This document shows, piece by piece, positions 37,973-50,404 of a stretch of 64,000 bases of DNA; position 1 is the first letter of the stretch; each line of letters begins with the position of its first letter. The stretch is from Zygnema circumcarinatum SAG 698-1b (lineage: Eukaryota > Plantae > Zygnematophyceae): positions 3,720,001 to 3,784,000 of the forward strand of contig CM074808.1 in NCBI GenBank assembly GCA_037447605.1, given 5' to 3'. Position numbers and translations under genes: made by a program. The notes beneath the pieces were generated by a model that did not search any database, was not told the DNA's origin, and saw only the letters and a list, made by a program, of their open reading frames with translations.

Positions 37973-39474
37973 TGATGTCGAGATCAGTGCGCGGCTACAT
38001 CACATTATGTGGCGCCTGCTGTACATAACAATTCGTTCTTTGTATATACGGCTATTCTGGCTACAGGTGGTTTGGCCAGAACTGGCATTTGGTTAGCTTG
38101 AATTTTTTATTAGCTTAGTCATTTATGTGGAGAATTGAGAGCGGGATTTCTATTTGGGGTTTAGGGTTAATGGTGGCCAGACATTAGGGCATTTCGGACA
38201 AGACAAGAGAAGATTAGTAATGGCCGGCAGGCCCTCTTTTATTCAAGGGGGAGTGAAGTTGCAAGAGGTGATCCTCCTGAAAAGAGGAAGGTGTACATAC
38301 AGCAATGTAGCTAGAGATAGCTAGGATTAGGGTTTAAGGGTTTAGGGTTCATTATCTCAGCTCAATGACAGTGTCATGTGTGTGCGCACATTATGTACAT
38401 TTGTGAATAGTGAGATTCTATAGGAAGAATGTCGATTTTAATTTAGCATGTTTTGGTGTCCAGTTTGTGGAGATGCCGATTGTCAAATTCTGTACATATT
38501 CGCAAGGCTACGAGTGAACGTTTCAGTTGAAATATATTTCACTCCCAGTTCCATCTCGCACTTCTTTGATGAATGTAGACCACTCGTGCTTTCAATGGCT
38601 ACCCATATTTTGCTACTTCGTTAATTCAGAGCTGAATGTTTGAAGATCCAGGTGGTCTCGCGCAGAAAGTCAAACACTTGTGGTGAAGTCAGTAATTCGC
38701 ATCACAAAGCCACCTGCGTTGGGGATAGGGTACTCGCATCATAGTGAAACGCGTTCTCAAAGACCAAAGTCAGGAACTCCCTCATGATCAGAACGAACGA
38801 CTCAACTATGATAAGTCTGACAAGCTCCAGCCGATTGAGACTGAAACTAAACCTGTGTCTACAAGTACGCACACATACCTCTTGAAATATGGCACTTCGA
38901 TCAGCTCCTATTACTTGCCCAACCTTAATTTCGTTATGCCTCCAAACCTACAACTGCAGGAACAGATAGCCGTCCACAGCCACACTTCTGCAACGAAACT
39001 GAAACCGAAATCGAAACAAAAGTTGTGTACACAAACAAACATACAGACTTCTCTTTTTGAAACACGAAACGAGCAGTGAAATGAAAGAACGCATTTCAAT
39101 TCAGAGATAGGTTTTCAACAGTAGCCAGGAAAATCCCCAAGGAAAAGAACCAGACAACCAAAGTCCCTGTTTGTACAATTAGTCCTTGAGATTACAGTCA
39201 TCACAGCTTCTTGCAAGGGCGCAGCTCACAGAGTACCTAACCATTGACCCGGATACAAAATCGTTCACGGACAGACAATTGGAAAGAGTCGAGGAAATCC
39301 TCCGACAACAGTCTAGGTGAAAACTGAAATTGTTTAGTGAGAAAGGGCAGGCTGATCTGGCGATACTGATTGATCCCACTGCACCTTGAAACCAGCTTTG
39401 ATCTTTAGACGAACAAAAAGTTCCATTAAAGGACATGAACGAAATCAACAAACGACATATTCTGAGGAGATGCT

Positions 39475-41456
39475 TCAACTGTCCAGAAATTCATCATCAT
39501 CATCGGGCAGTGGCTGGTTTGCAGCATCCTGGAGTTCTTGAGCCAACCTGTAACATAAAGCAAAAAGAGCAAAGGAGAGGTCAGCTTAAACAACCCCATT
39601 ACATTTTGTCTTGTTAAAGTGTTACAAAGGTAAGATAATGCAAGAAAAGGCTGTGAAAAAGTCCATACTTCGCCTGTTGCTCGGCGTCGATGAGCACTTC
39701 CGGCGGGGCGAGTGCGGGACTCTCAACGAAGTGCAGGGATGGATCTCTGCAAACAAACAATGAATTTCAAGTTCTGCTGTAAAACCAAAAGCAGTTATCG
39801 AATTTATCTTGCCATCACGACAAATTGAAAAGTGCCTGCAGGTAATTGGGAGACTTACCCAGCAAGTTTCCTTGCCAGGTACAAGAAAGGCTTCTCAAAG
39901 TTGTAGTTCGATTTCGCAGAAATTTCATAATACTGGAGGTTCTTCTTGCGATGGAACGTCACTTGCTTTGCCTTCACCTGCCTGTTCTTTACGTCCACCT
40001 TATTGCCACAAAGGACAATAGGGATGTTCTCACAGACTCTGCACATAAGGACATGCAAACCCTGCTCAATACACAGACTGCGAACTAAGGAACGCTTGTG
40101 GAGAGCCAACTGTCTTACGTCAGCAAAATCTGTAGCAAACTTTCGAAACAGACTAACCTGCAGAGATCGCGATGCCATGTAGGCACATTCTTGTAAGTCA
40201 GCCGAGAAGTGACATCAAACATGATGATGGCGCACTGTCCATGGATACTGCAAAAACAACACCCCCCCGAATTAGACAAGAACTTCGCAACAAGGTCAAG
40301 TATACTTAAAAGGCCATCCAAAGAATGACAGCCACCGTACATGCACCACTTCCTTACGCTGCAGTCCAGCATGCTAAACGCTAGCTGATAACGGTACATA
40401 CCAAAAACAATCAATAAAGAATGGTAAAAGAAAATTGAAGAGTCTACGAGATCAAATGTTAAGCTGGTATATAAAAACTCACTAGTAGCCATCACGCAAT
40501 CCGCCAAACTTCTCCTGCCCAGCGGTATCCCAACAAAAGAATCTGATCTTCCCACAGTTCGTAAAAAAGTCGAGAGGATGTACTTCCACACCAATTGTGG
40601 CTGCATTCAGGCAAACATTCCCAGCAAATTCTAAGTTAGATTCAAAAACAGAAGGCACAATTGAGCACCAAAAAACAAAAAAAAAAAATCCCTTCTGCAA
40701 ACAGAATTCTCACGTTCATATCGCTTCTCAAACTCTCCCGTCACGTGACGTTTCACGAACGTTGTTTTTCCTGCATCCACAAGTTGAGCAACTTTAATAC
40801 GGGTCCAATTCCAACATCATGCCAAACAGACGAAATCAACCCTTGAACACAAGAATTTCCCCTTTCACAAACCATATGGTTACAAATCCTGCGTCAAGAA
40901 AGAAGTATTTGAATTTATAGATTACAGGAAACCAGTCAGTCGTCCAAAAACCAGACTGGTCGACCTACAACCCTGTCTTATTTATTGGTGCAAACAGGAG
41001 ACCTTAGACGACGTCAGTGTCTTCCAAAGGGAACACGTAAGAAACACTAAATACCACAGTTTTGAGTAACAAGGACGCCTTCCTCGTCACTCAAAACTGT
41101 GGTATTTAGGCCATGAAACCAATTTCAACAAAAGTTCCTGTGCAGAAAACAACAGTTATGCATCAATTAAAAACCAGTACGGCCACCATACCGGTTCCGC
41201 CATCGCCGACCAAGATGAGCTTGAAACTTGGATAATCTACAGGGACATGCTGGCCTGGAAGCGCCTGCAAAAATGAAGAGACGCGTACACGTCAACAAGC
41301 AGAAAACTTGCAACAACATAACAAAAAAGATTTCATCTCACGGCCTTCTTAAAAATCAACAAGCTCTGACAGAAAAGCCTTCCACAGGCAAGAGGCAATA
41401 AGAAATGATGTCAGGATGACATGCGGCGCCATACAGGATGCAGAAAACCTCACCAT
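39475..41456 (-). CDS. RAN: Ran GTPase
   Basis: ATG|gt at 41456, then exons [24 protein letters not shown] / [19 protein letters not shown] / [12 protein letters not shown]...[16 protein letters not shown] / [13 protein letters not shown] / [13 protein letters not shown]...[14 protein letters not shown] / PALAPPEV / [11 protein letters not shown]. Confidence 0.97.
41047..41109. other. Near-perfect 63-nt hairpin in a Ran intron
   Basis: 21-bp perfect arms ctaaataccacagttttgagt (41047-41067) and actcaaaactgtggtatttag (41089-41109), with additional partial pairing in the 21-nt loop. Confidence 0.85.
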
Positions 41457-42043
41457 GATTGTCTGTTCCCTTGTTTCAGATGAATCCCTCACTAATATTG
41501 CGCGTACAAATCGCCTGTCAATGGATGAAATACGGTTGATTCTCTCCTCCTGCAGATCCACTTGCCGGACGGCCTCCTGCAAGCCCTAACGTACCACTGA
41601 AGGAGAAGGCAGGCAGCCGACCGTTCCCAAGGTTGGTCCAAATTTTGTTACAAGACAAGACTTTAAGCTGGAATAGGAAATTATATCATTTTTGGTCCGC
41701 CCGCCCACTAGCGAACGATCCCGGGCTGACCCGCTGACCCTCACAAGAAATACTCTCCAAAATCAAATTAGTAATTGTTTGCGGCGACAAATAGATTCTT
41801 TCGGTACGAATTCTATGTTTTAATAAATTCCATTATTCAAGTTTTGCCCGTGAATGTCGGGCAGCCATTCCCTACTAATTGTGTTTTTGTAAAGTCGCAG
41901 AGTTTTGGACCGTCCGATTCCTCATTGGGAACACGTAAGCCGTCCGATGAGACCTCCGGGCCGCCGGGGACGGGGTCGTCGGGACTCGAAAGGAAGGCCA
42001 TGGATGCTTCCAGAAGAAACTGAACTCTTCATCATGGCATCAT

Positions 42044-42235
42044 CACCATCGTGAGACCAATGTCACATCCTCACCTTCATGGGACCCATCTCATGTATGT
42101 ATGTATGTATGCGCATGTGTATGTTACATGCACGTACATTTGATGGCCTCGCCATCGTGAGGTCAATGCCACATCCTCACCCTCATGATGGGACCCATCT
42201 CATGTATGTATGCGCATGTGTACGGTATGTGTAGT
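42044..42235. repeat. About 105-bp tandem duplication with TATG microsatellite
   Basis: ccatcgtgag..caatg.cacatcctcacc...gggacccatctcatgtatgtatg at ~42044 and ~42151. The preceding gtacatttgatggcctcgccatcg also occurs at ~31833. Confidence 0.7.
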
Positions 42236-43030
42236 GTGTATGCATGCGAGCATGTATGTATGCATGCATCTGAATCACATGCACAGACACATGTGCCTAG
42301 GTACTTTTGTAAATTTGTTATTCACCAGTATGGAACTTGCGCGCACATTGTTCTCGTTCAGGAACGTGAAGAATGGCCTTTTTCTCCACAAACACATGGT
42401 TTCGTGCTAGCCTGGCGGTTGCCACGACTTGCATGCTTGCAAAGATGAAAGATTACTTTATTCGTTTTCTACCATGTAACAACTTCTTCCAGGTTGCACA
42501 ACACAATTGCACTCATGGCAGACAGGTTTGTCATGTTTTGCTTCCCAATTGTGAAGGATGTTCAACAAGTTGCAGAGGTACTGCACGATTGCACACAAGC
42601 ACAACACATAGAAGATGTCATACATGTCTCGTAAAGGCAAGCCTGCCTTCCTTCTTTTCTATACAGGTTCCGTTTTGTACAAGTCCTCATACCTACTCAA
42701 TTAACACATCCTACCACCCCCCCCTCCTTACAGACCGATCAAAAAGAAACAATGAAACCCCTCAGCTCTGCTCTCCGTAAGAACTGAAAGCAGATATGAA
42801 CAAAGAACTAAGAAGCCTGGTCAGACCCAAAACAAAAGTTCCCCTTTCTCAATTGCAGACCCTCTTGGATTGCTTTCCTGCTGTTCGACTACTTAGAAAA
42901 AAAAAACAGAGTCGAGTCCAAATCAATGGACTCTCTCAGGGAGCTTTCAGAGCCCTTCTCGTCTCCATTCCTTGAAAGATTTACTTCTCAAACAGAAGTC
43001 ATCCTTTTTAGAGTGTTAGATGTGGAAACC

Positions 43031-44921
43031 TCAGCGCTGCTGAAGCTCGCGCAGGAGACTAAGGATTTGAAGGAAGAGGTTAACAACGTCCAAGTAAAGG
43101 GCAACTGAAGCCCACACATACTCATCATAGCTGTACCGCTTGATCAGATTATCGGTATCGTAAATGATGTAAAAGGCGAAGACCAAAGACGCAATTAAGG
43201 AGTACACAAATCGACCAATATGTCCGGCGGGAAAGAACATCTGCACACAATAAAGCAGACAGATTCAATAAGCGAATGATAACAGCAGTCCATTTGATTA
43301 ACACACAAGGTACAAAGATTCGATAGCGAATAATTCCAACAAAAGGACATGTCGCAATGTAGTCAGTCACCTGAATGAAGCTCCACAGAATGAGTACAAG
43401 GAGGGCGGCAAAGAGCATGGGGCCAAGAAAGTTGAAGTCATAGCCCTGCCTCGCCGCCCAATAGGTGTAGGCTGTCAGGCCTACTACCACTGCTGCAGTG
43501 AGTACGAGAGCCTGCAGCACTATGTCACCTGCATGCATGCAAAACAAGGAAATGAGATGCTCCAAAATGTAGATGGGAGCATGGAAGAGCAAAACATATG
43601 CACAAAATGAACCATTAAGTCCAACAGTTCAAAGGTTTGACATGCAAGGAGTGATGGAAAAGACACTGTAAAGCGCACACGTTGAAATTTCTACAAAGGT
43701 GAGCTGTCCGCAAAAAAGCGAATAAGATTTACAGATGTATTAAGAGATATAAGATGTTCCATGGCGACTTACCGGGAGCAAAGGCGCATGCCAGGCCAAC
43801 TGTAAAGCTCATGGAAACCGTAAAAAGTGCGAGAAGAATCAGGTTGGTAGGATGGCTTTGACGATAAGCGCTCAAAGCACAGAGCACTATGAACCGATTT
43901 CGAGGAAAAAGGGATTTCAAATTTTCAGCCAAAAGCACATTGAACAGCACAAATGAAAAAGGAAAATCAGTACAAAGTTGCAGAATCTTTAGCAAAGAGA
44001 GACAATTTGAATAATAACCGTGCTCTTCTTCAGTACTTACGAGCAATATGTCTGATTGCAGGAAATGCACGTAATGTCAAAAGTACTCACAGACGAGGGG
44101 ACATATCGCCAGTACTATCAATATTCCCGGAGAACTTAAAACGAAGTTACGGATTGAGTCCGTGAAGAAGACGATGCTGCCCATCGCTACAGTGAGCAGA
44201 ACCTGAATGCTCAAAATGCCGTATACCTGCATTCATAAAAAGAAAGGGAGGTCAGAGGAAATGAAAAAAAGATATCCCTTACATCATGAAGGAAAATGGA
44301 AAGTCACATCTTTTATTTGCAGGTTGTTTTATGTCCAATGGGAGTTTTCCCTCATTACCTTTAGCAAGAGCACATCTTCACAAAATTATGCAACTTGAAT
44401 TCTCAGAAATGGATGGATGGCAAACTTGACTTTTGAGGAATGATGAGATGCACGGTAAAAAACTGCATGGAGCTGTACGATTAATTCCAATAATACACCC
44501 TTTTATTATCTCCAAAACGAACAAGTGAACAAATGACCTTCCTTTCCTTCTTAACTCCCACCATTGAATGCCAAAAAAAAACTTCGCCCGAACCGAAAAA
44601 GCTTCAGCACAAGAAAAGGAAAAAGAAAACAAAAACAAAAACCGTCCGCAGCTTCGGAATTTCCCAAAAGCGAGTGCATGCAAGCCGGAAGCTGATGAAC
44701 GTTGAGCTTTACAGCTTGACTTAAAAATTACTCCTGAAAATAACAGTGAGTAAGAAAATAAAAAAGCCCTGAAGGGCCCCCCAAGTGCCCACCTTCTGTA
44801 TGAAGGCCCAGCGGAAGGCGTTCTCCTCTGCGGGCACTCCCGGGTACAGGGAGGGCCCGCCCGCCTCTATGTCGCCATAGCCGCTCTTGGTCCACCCCCG
44901 AGACTCGCCCATGCCGAACAT
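43031..44921 (-). CDS. LFG: Lifeguard / BI1-like (TMBIM) membrane protein
   Basis: MFGMGESRGWTKSGYGDIEAGGPSLYPG...FRWAFIQK|VYGILSIQVLLT / YRQSHPTNLILLALFTVSMSFTVGLACA / GDIVLQALVLTAAVVVGLTAYT...DFNFLGPMLF / YIIYDTDNLIKRYSYDEYVWASVALYLDVVNLF; the TMBIM di-aspartyl motif is present. Confidence 0.93.
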
Positions 44922-46228
44922 GCTGCTGGCGGGGGGAGAGAGAGAGAGAGAGGGGGGGGGGGGAGAGAGACAGCGAGGGAGAGAGAGAGGGGGGGGAAGA
45001 GAGAGAAGTGGAGAGGGAGGGAGAGAGGGGGGGAAAGGGAGAGAGAGAGGCGAGAGAGAGGGAGAGAGAGGCGAGAGAGCGGTAGAGAGGCGATAGAGAG
45101 GGGGGGCGGAGAGAGAGAGAGAAGGTGAGGGAGGGAGAGTAGGGGGGAGAGGGAGAGAGAGGCGAGAGAGGGGGAGAGAGTGCCGAGAGGGAGAGCTAGG
45201 CCTGCTTCTGTTGAGCTCACAGGCTATACACAAGCGACTCCTTCCTCTGCTACACACACATGCAGGGAAAAACCCTCCAAGAAAAAAAATGTTGCTGGGG
45301 ATGTTGGGTAAAGGGTAGAAACTGAAACGAATTTTCTATTTACAAATGTTCTTGAATCCCCGTTTTATTTTATTCTTTATTTCGCCTCTGGAAGCGTGGA
45401 GAGCCTGCTTTACTTGAAAGGGCCTCCACTTCTGGAAGGACCAGGCGTTCCATGCAGGGTAAGTCACATGCTACTGTGCAGTTTCCAGTAGCGTAGCACT
45501 GCACTGTCCTAGAACAATCTCTGCATAGATAGTACCGCACGGAATACTGTAACAGGTGTTTGTATGGCATGAACAAACAAGTCCGTAGAAACGACACATG
45601 TCCTTGTTCAACAACTCGACAAGTCGCATGCAGTGCATGCTTGAGCGCGTTTTCTTGCACAGTTTCACGCGGAATTTTGAGACCCATGAACAGGTTTGTG
45701 GTTCACTTCAAGAATGAAAACCCTAAGCTTGCTACCTCAAAAACCATTGTCGAATGTCAAATGGATTCGACCAGGCTCTAGTGAGTGCCCTGCTTTCCCA
45801 AAGCCGTCAAGGGGTCACACAAACCCATCTTCCCAAGAGCCCCCCTTGAAAGACGGGCGACTTTTCATGCCGTACCACTTCGTGCGATGGAAAATGGGAC
45901 CGACATTTTTGAGGGAGCGAGGGCGGTCCCTGTCGGGCTCAGGTTTCGAACCGCGGTCAGTCAAATCGTACGGCGAACGGGAATCGCCGCCGCTTCAGGG
46001 TTCAAAGGGGCGAAGGCCGCCGGCCCAAAACTTGCATGCAGAGCCTTGCATGAAAGTAGAAGCGTTCATTGCTTCAAGTGCAAAGGAGAGAACGACGATA
46101 CACAGACATCAGACTATATATGTGCGAATATTTCAGTGATTATTGAATTTGAAGCTTGTATACACCATTGAGGATCCCTTTTAGTATTGTCAACAGGGCC
46201 TAGGCGCTTACTGTAGGAGTCACCCATC

Positions 46229-49160
46229 ATGAAGCGATGCACACATGTTCGCATGTTACTCCAGCTGATGCTCTTTAGTTTAGTTCTTCACGTAAGGGGA
46301 GCTCTGGAGACGCCTTTCTGCCTCACATACGTTCGTTCCAACGGTTACCGTTGTGCAGAGTATCAGGTAATTTCATTTGATTAGCTGTTTGCATGCGCTT
46401 GCTGAACCCATTTACAAGTGGGGGGGGGGGGGGGGNNNNNNNNNNGGGGGGGGGGGGGGGGGGCTTAGAAACATGACTAATGTTTATTCAATTGTTTGAA
46501 ATCCGTTTTTGTAGACAACCACTATCGATGGCTATGTGTTAAATATCCAAAACATTGTGCCTTCCCCCAATTCTCCATCATCAAATTCGGGAACACCGAC
46601 TTTCTCCGGCGCAGCAGCAACGGCAGCTCTCCCAAGCACACTCGGATCTGGAAATGGAAATTTCACAGAATCTCTGACAGCATTGATAGCATGCAATTCT
46701 TCAAACATTGTCGAAGCCATCAATGGGGAGACCGGTACACTCAAACTCCATCGCAGAGTATTGAAAGGAAGAGCCCTGTTTCTTCAGATTACTGTACATG
46801 CATGTTTTGACTACTCTTAAGAGGACAACAACCTTCATTCTTCCTTCTGCAAACAAAGTTTACTCAGAAAAGATTGCTCCCAGAGCATTCCATCTTGAAA
46901 TTTGTTCGCTAACTTTTGAAAAGCTTGCAGCAGCTTGTTCGCCATCGCCAGCAACGCCGTCGCCACCTCCCCCACCTCCAGTGTCTGCACCTGTCGTGAC
47001 AAAGAAGCCATCTGTTTTGCTCGACCACGCGATCTTTCTTGGAGGCGAAGTCTGGATCGAGGGGCTCAGTGCAGCCACAAGGCTTCCATTCATATTGACA
47101 GACAATGGCTTTGATGTATGGATCGCAAATCATCGCGGCACGAAATATTCCCCAGATAACATTTTCTACACACGTGACGACTTCGTAAGTTCTCGACGCT
47201 CAAAGCTACCAAAGCAAGATCAATAATTTGCGTAAAGTTTGCAGAAACGCATGTTCAGCCTGAGATGCTCTTGCTTGTACTAATTTACAAACTTGTTGCC
47301 TTGCAGGCTTTTTGGGATTTTAGTTTTGACGAGATTGCTAAGTATGACCTTCCGAACATGCTTGAAGTCATTCAAAAGATCACCGGAAACTCGAAGGTTC
47401 ACTATATAGGCTACAATCAGGTGAGCCAACCGCTTTACATGCTGAAAGGAGTTCATTTTGTTCTTGAAGTGGTACACTTCTCACATTCAAGAAAGGTCTG
47501 ATATCCTTGAACCCTACTTGTGTTTTTTTTAGGGCGCCATGCTTCCCCTTGCAGCGATTTGCTCAATCCCGGAGATTGCGGATAGCTTCGCGTCCATGGT
47601 TCTTATTGGCCCAATTGTATACTTGGCCAACATCACCTCCCCAGTACTCAATGAGTGGGGGAGCGGGTTCACACCTGACCCGGTAAGAGCCTCCCTCTAT
47701 AGCGCCCTTAACGTCATATTAAAGAGGAAAAATGTACAGCTCTTGCTGGAGAAAAAGCTTCAATCCACGCAAGTTTCGGTGTAAATGATTCTATTTTTGG
47801 TCTTCTTTTCTCCACAAACAAACATGTAACTGAGAAACCCGTGGCTTCGTCTCCTCCGCCCCACTTTCCCCCTTATTTTGCAGTTATTTTACGAGTTTGG
47901 TCTTTTGAATGGCGAATACAACATGACTAAGTGAGAACCTCATCCTAATCGCTGCTTACTTGCATTTCAAGGCTGAATCAAGGTTGTCATAGTGTATGCT
48001 TGACACGTACGCTAGGTCAAAACTTAACAATAAGGGGAGTTTATCCACTTAATGCCTGCAGCACAAACGAACTTGAAAGTCTTTTAAGCTTTTTTGGAGT
48101 CAGCATCGTCAACGAATATGGAGGAGGTGATGCCGACGCACTGCTGGGCAACATAACCGGTGATGCTCCCACACCCTGTGACAAGAGCTTCACGTTCCTC
48201 CTTTGATGCTGCTTCTTGACGAGTCTGTCGTCTGAAGGAGAAAGCGCTGAGGCTCACATGTGGTGACGACATTGCAGGGCCCAATTGCTGTGTTTCGGAC
48301 GATACTTTGAAGGTCCTTGGAGCTGAAGTTGATCCGAATTGGGCCGTGGCGAGCTATAGGTAAAGCCGCCGCCTTCCCAGTCCCCACCCCTTCCCTCCCT
48401 CTCCCTCTCCCTCTCCCTCACCCTCTCCCTCTCCNNNNNNNNNNCTCTCCCTCTCCCTCTCCCACTCCCTCTCCCTGTCCCTCTCCATCTCCCTCTCCCT
48501 CTCCCTCTCCCTTTCCCTCTCCCTCTCCCTCTCCCTCTCTCTCAAAACTGCAGTAACGCTTCTTTGAAGTGTCCGGTTTTGAAATATGTTAACTGAATCT
48601 CTGACCATCCCTTTATGTTTTTTCCGTTTGTGTTTGCACGGCACTTGAACCTGGCGCCGAGCTAAAACAGAAATTTGATCCACATACAGCAAGGTCTGAT
48701 ACACCCTCTTCCCTTCTCTCATTCAGTTGGACAATAACCGTCTAAAATTGTCAACCCAAACAAGTCACAATTCAAGATTTTGTCTTAGAATCTATGAGAT
48801 GGTAGACAGACACTCACCCATGTACTCCTTCCTATGCGGCTTCATGCAGAAATACAATCTGGAAACTTCCAATATTGGGACTATTACAACCTCACTATGA
48901 ACCTCGCGAACTACGGCACCCTCACTCCTCCGCCGTACAACCTTGCTAGAATTCCCACAACTCTGCCAACCCTCTTAGTAACCGGCTCACAAGATTGGTT
49001 CGCCGACACCCCCAACATTGAGAGACTTGTTGACTCGCTCGTGTACTCTCCCACACGCTTGAACCTTCCAAATTATGCGCATTTTGATCTCATGTTCAGT
49101 GACAACATCGTGAATGATGTCTACATGCCCATCATTGGTTACCTTCAAGCGCTGGGTTAG
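46229..49160 (+). CDS. Secreted acid-lipase (gastric/LIP1-type alpha/beta hydrolase) homolog with nucleophile Ser replaced by Asn
   Basis: Signal peptide, CLTYVRSNGYRCAEYQ|TTTIDGYVL, LPFILTDNGFDVWIANHRGTKYS, FWDFSFDEIAKYDLP, KVHYIGYNQ|GAM (family GHSQG), GPNCC, FQYWDY...YGTLTPPPYNL, GSQDWFAD and YAHFDL. Some internal junctions are approximate. Confidence 0.85.
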
Positions 49161-49354
49161 ATACATTAACAACAGGGGGGGGGCGATTGGGGGGCGAATG
49201 TGAAATATATAGTATGGGAAGTGTTTGTTAGAGTCTCCATTTGATGCGGTAATGGAAGAATTTTCAACATGTAGGTTAGCGCTGATTCCGTCTGTGAATT
49301 ATCTTCCAGGACGTGTTCCTGATTTTGTGAAATAAGGAGAGCGTTTGGTTTTAT

Positions 49355-49612
49355 GGTTTTTGTAGACAACCACTGTCGATGGCTATGTGTTAAATATCCA
49401 GAACATTGTGCCTTCCCCCAATTCTCCATCATCAAATTCGGGAACACCGACTTTCTCCAGCGCAGCAGCAACGGCAGCTCCCCCAAGCACACTCGGATCT
49501 GGAAATGGAAATTTCACAGAATCTCTGACAGCATTGATGGCATGCATTTCTTCAAACAATGTCGAAGCCATCAATGGGGAGACCAGTACACTCAGACTCC
49601 ATCGCATAGTAT
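49355..49612 (+). pseudogene. Isolated duplicate of lipase exon 2
   Basis: Highly similar copy of ~46505-46760, including its splice acceptor, lying ~200 bp downstream of the lipase stop and ending in an (ATTA)n tract. Confidence 0.85.
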
Positions 49613-50404
49613 TAATTAATTAATTAATTAATTAATCGGATTAATTTACATGCATGCTGTGACGCCCCTAAAGAGAAAAACGTCCATTCTTCCTACTGCA
49701 GTTTCAGAGCGAACAATTTGATCGGCGGAGGCTTTGCTAGTCCTCGATAACCAATGGTTGGGAACCATTGGCAATGGCTGGAAGGCTAACGGACCAATAG
49801 TTGGTAACCAATGGTTGATCCAGCAGTGCGACCTATGCCGTACTGTACGGTTAACCAAAAACTGAACTGTCCTCATACACATGGAAAATAGCGTCGCAAA
49901 TGTTTTGAGTTCTTATGTAAACTACGGAAAGATTCGCCACACGAGTGGTCTCCTTGTCGTTTTGGAAATTGTCCTTTCCTAACGGTCACTCATGTCGTGT
50001 ACATAATGACGCATTATATGACGTCACATAAACGTACGTCCACCGACATTACGTCATTCCGAGTTTCAACTGTCCAGTGTTCGTACACTCCTTGCGGAAA
50101 TTTCTTAAATTATTTTGTCTTTTAGTTCTCCTGCAAAATTGTCATTTTTGCTAGACGCCAAAACATGTCACATCCAAACGTCCAAGAAAGGCAGAGACCA
50201 GGACAGCCGCGAAGTTTTGTGCCTCCTTCGCCGCCGTCCCCCCCACTGGGACCTTCAGAGGCCCGAGCCATGGCCCCGGCCATGGCTGCCGTTCGAGGGT
50301 TTTAGGCGCCACGTGGCGGATGGTAAGCGATACCGCTTCCCTTCCTGCTCCTCCAATGCGCCACGTGTCCCATGTTGGCTGCCCCCCCAGTCATATTCCA
50401 CTCC

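Noticed and set aside
45696-46171. Overlapping 128-147 aa ORFs and a weak inverted repeat between LFG and the lipase-like gene
   Set aside because: No recognisable motifs, splice signals or target-site duplication.
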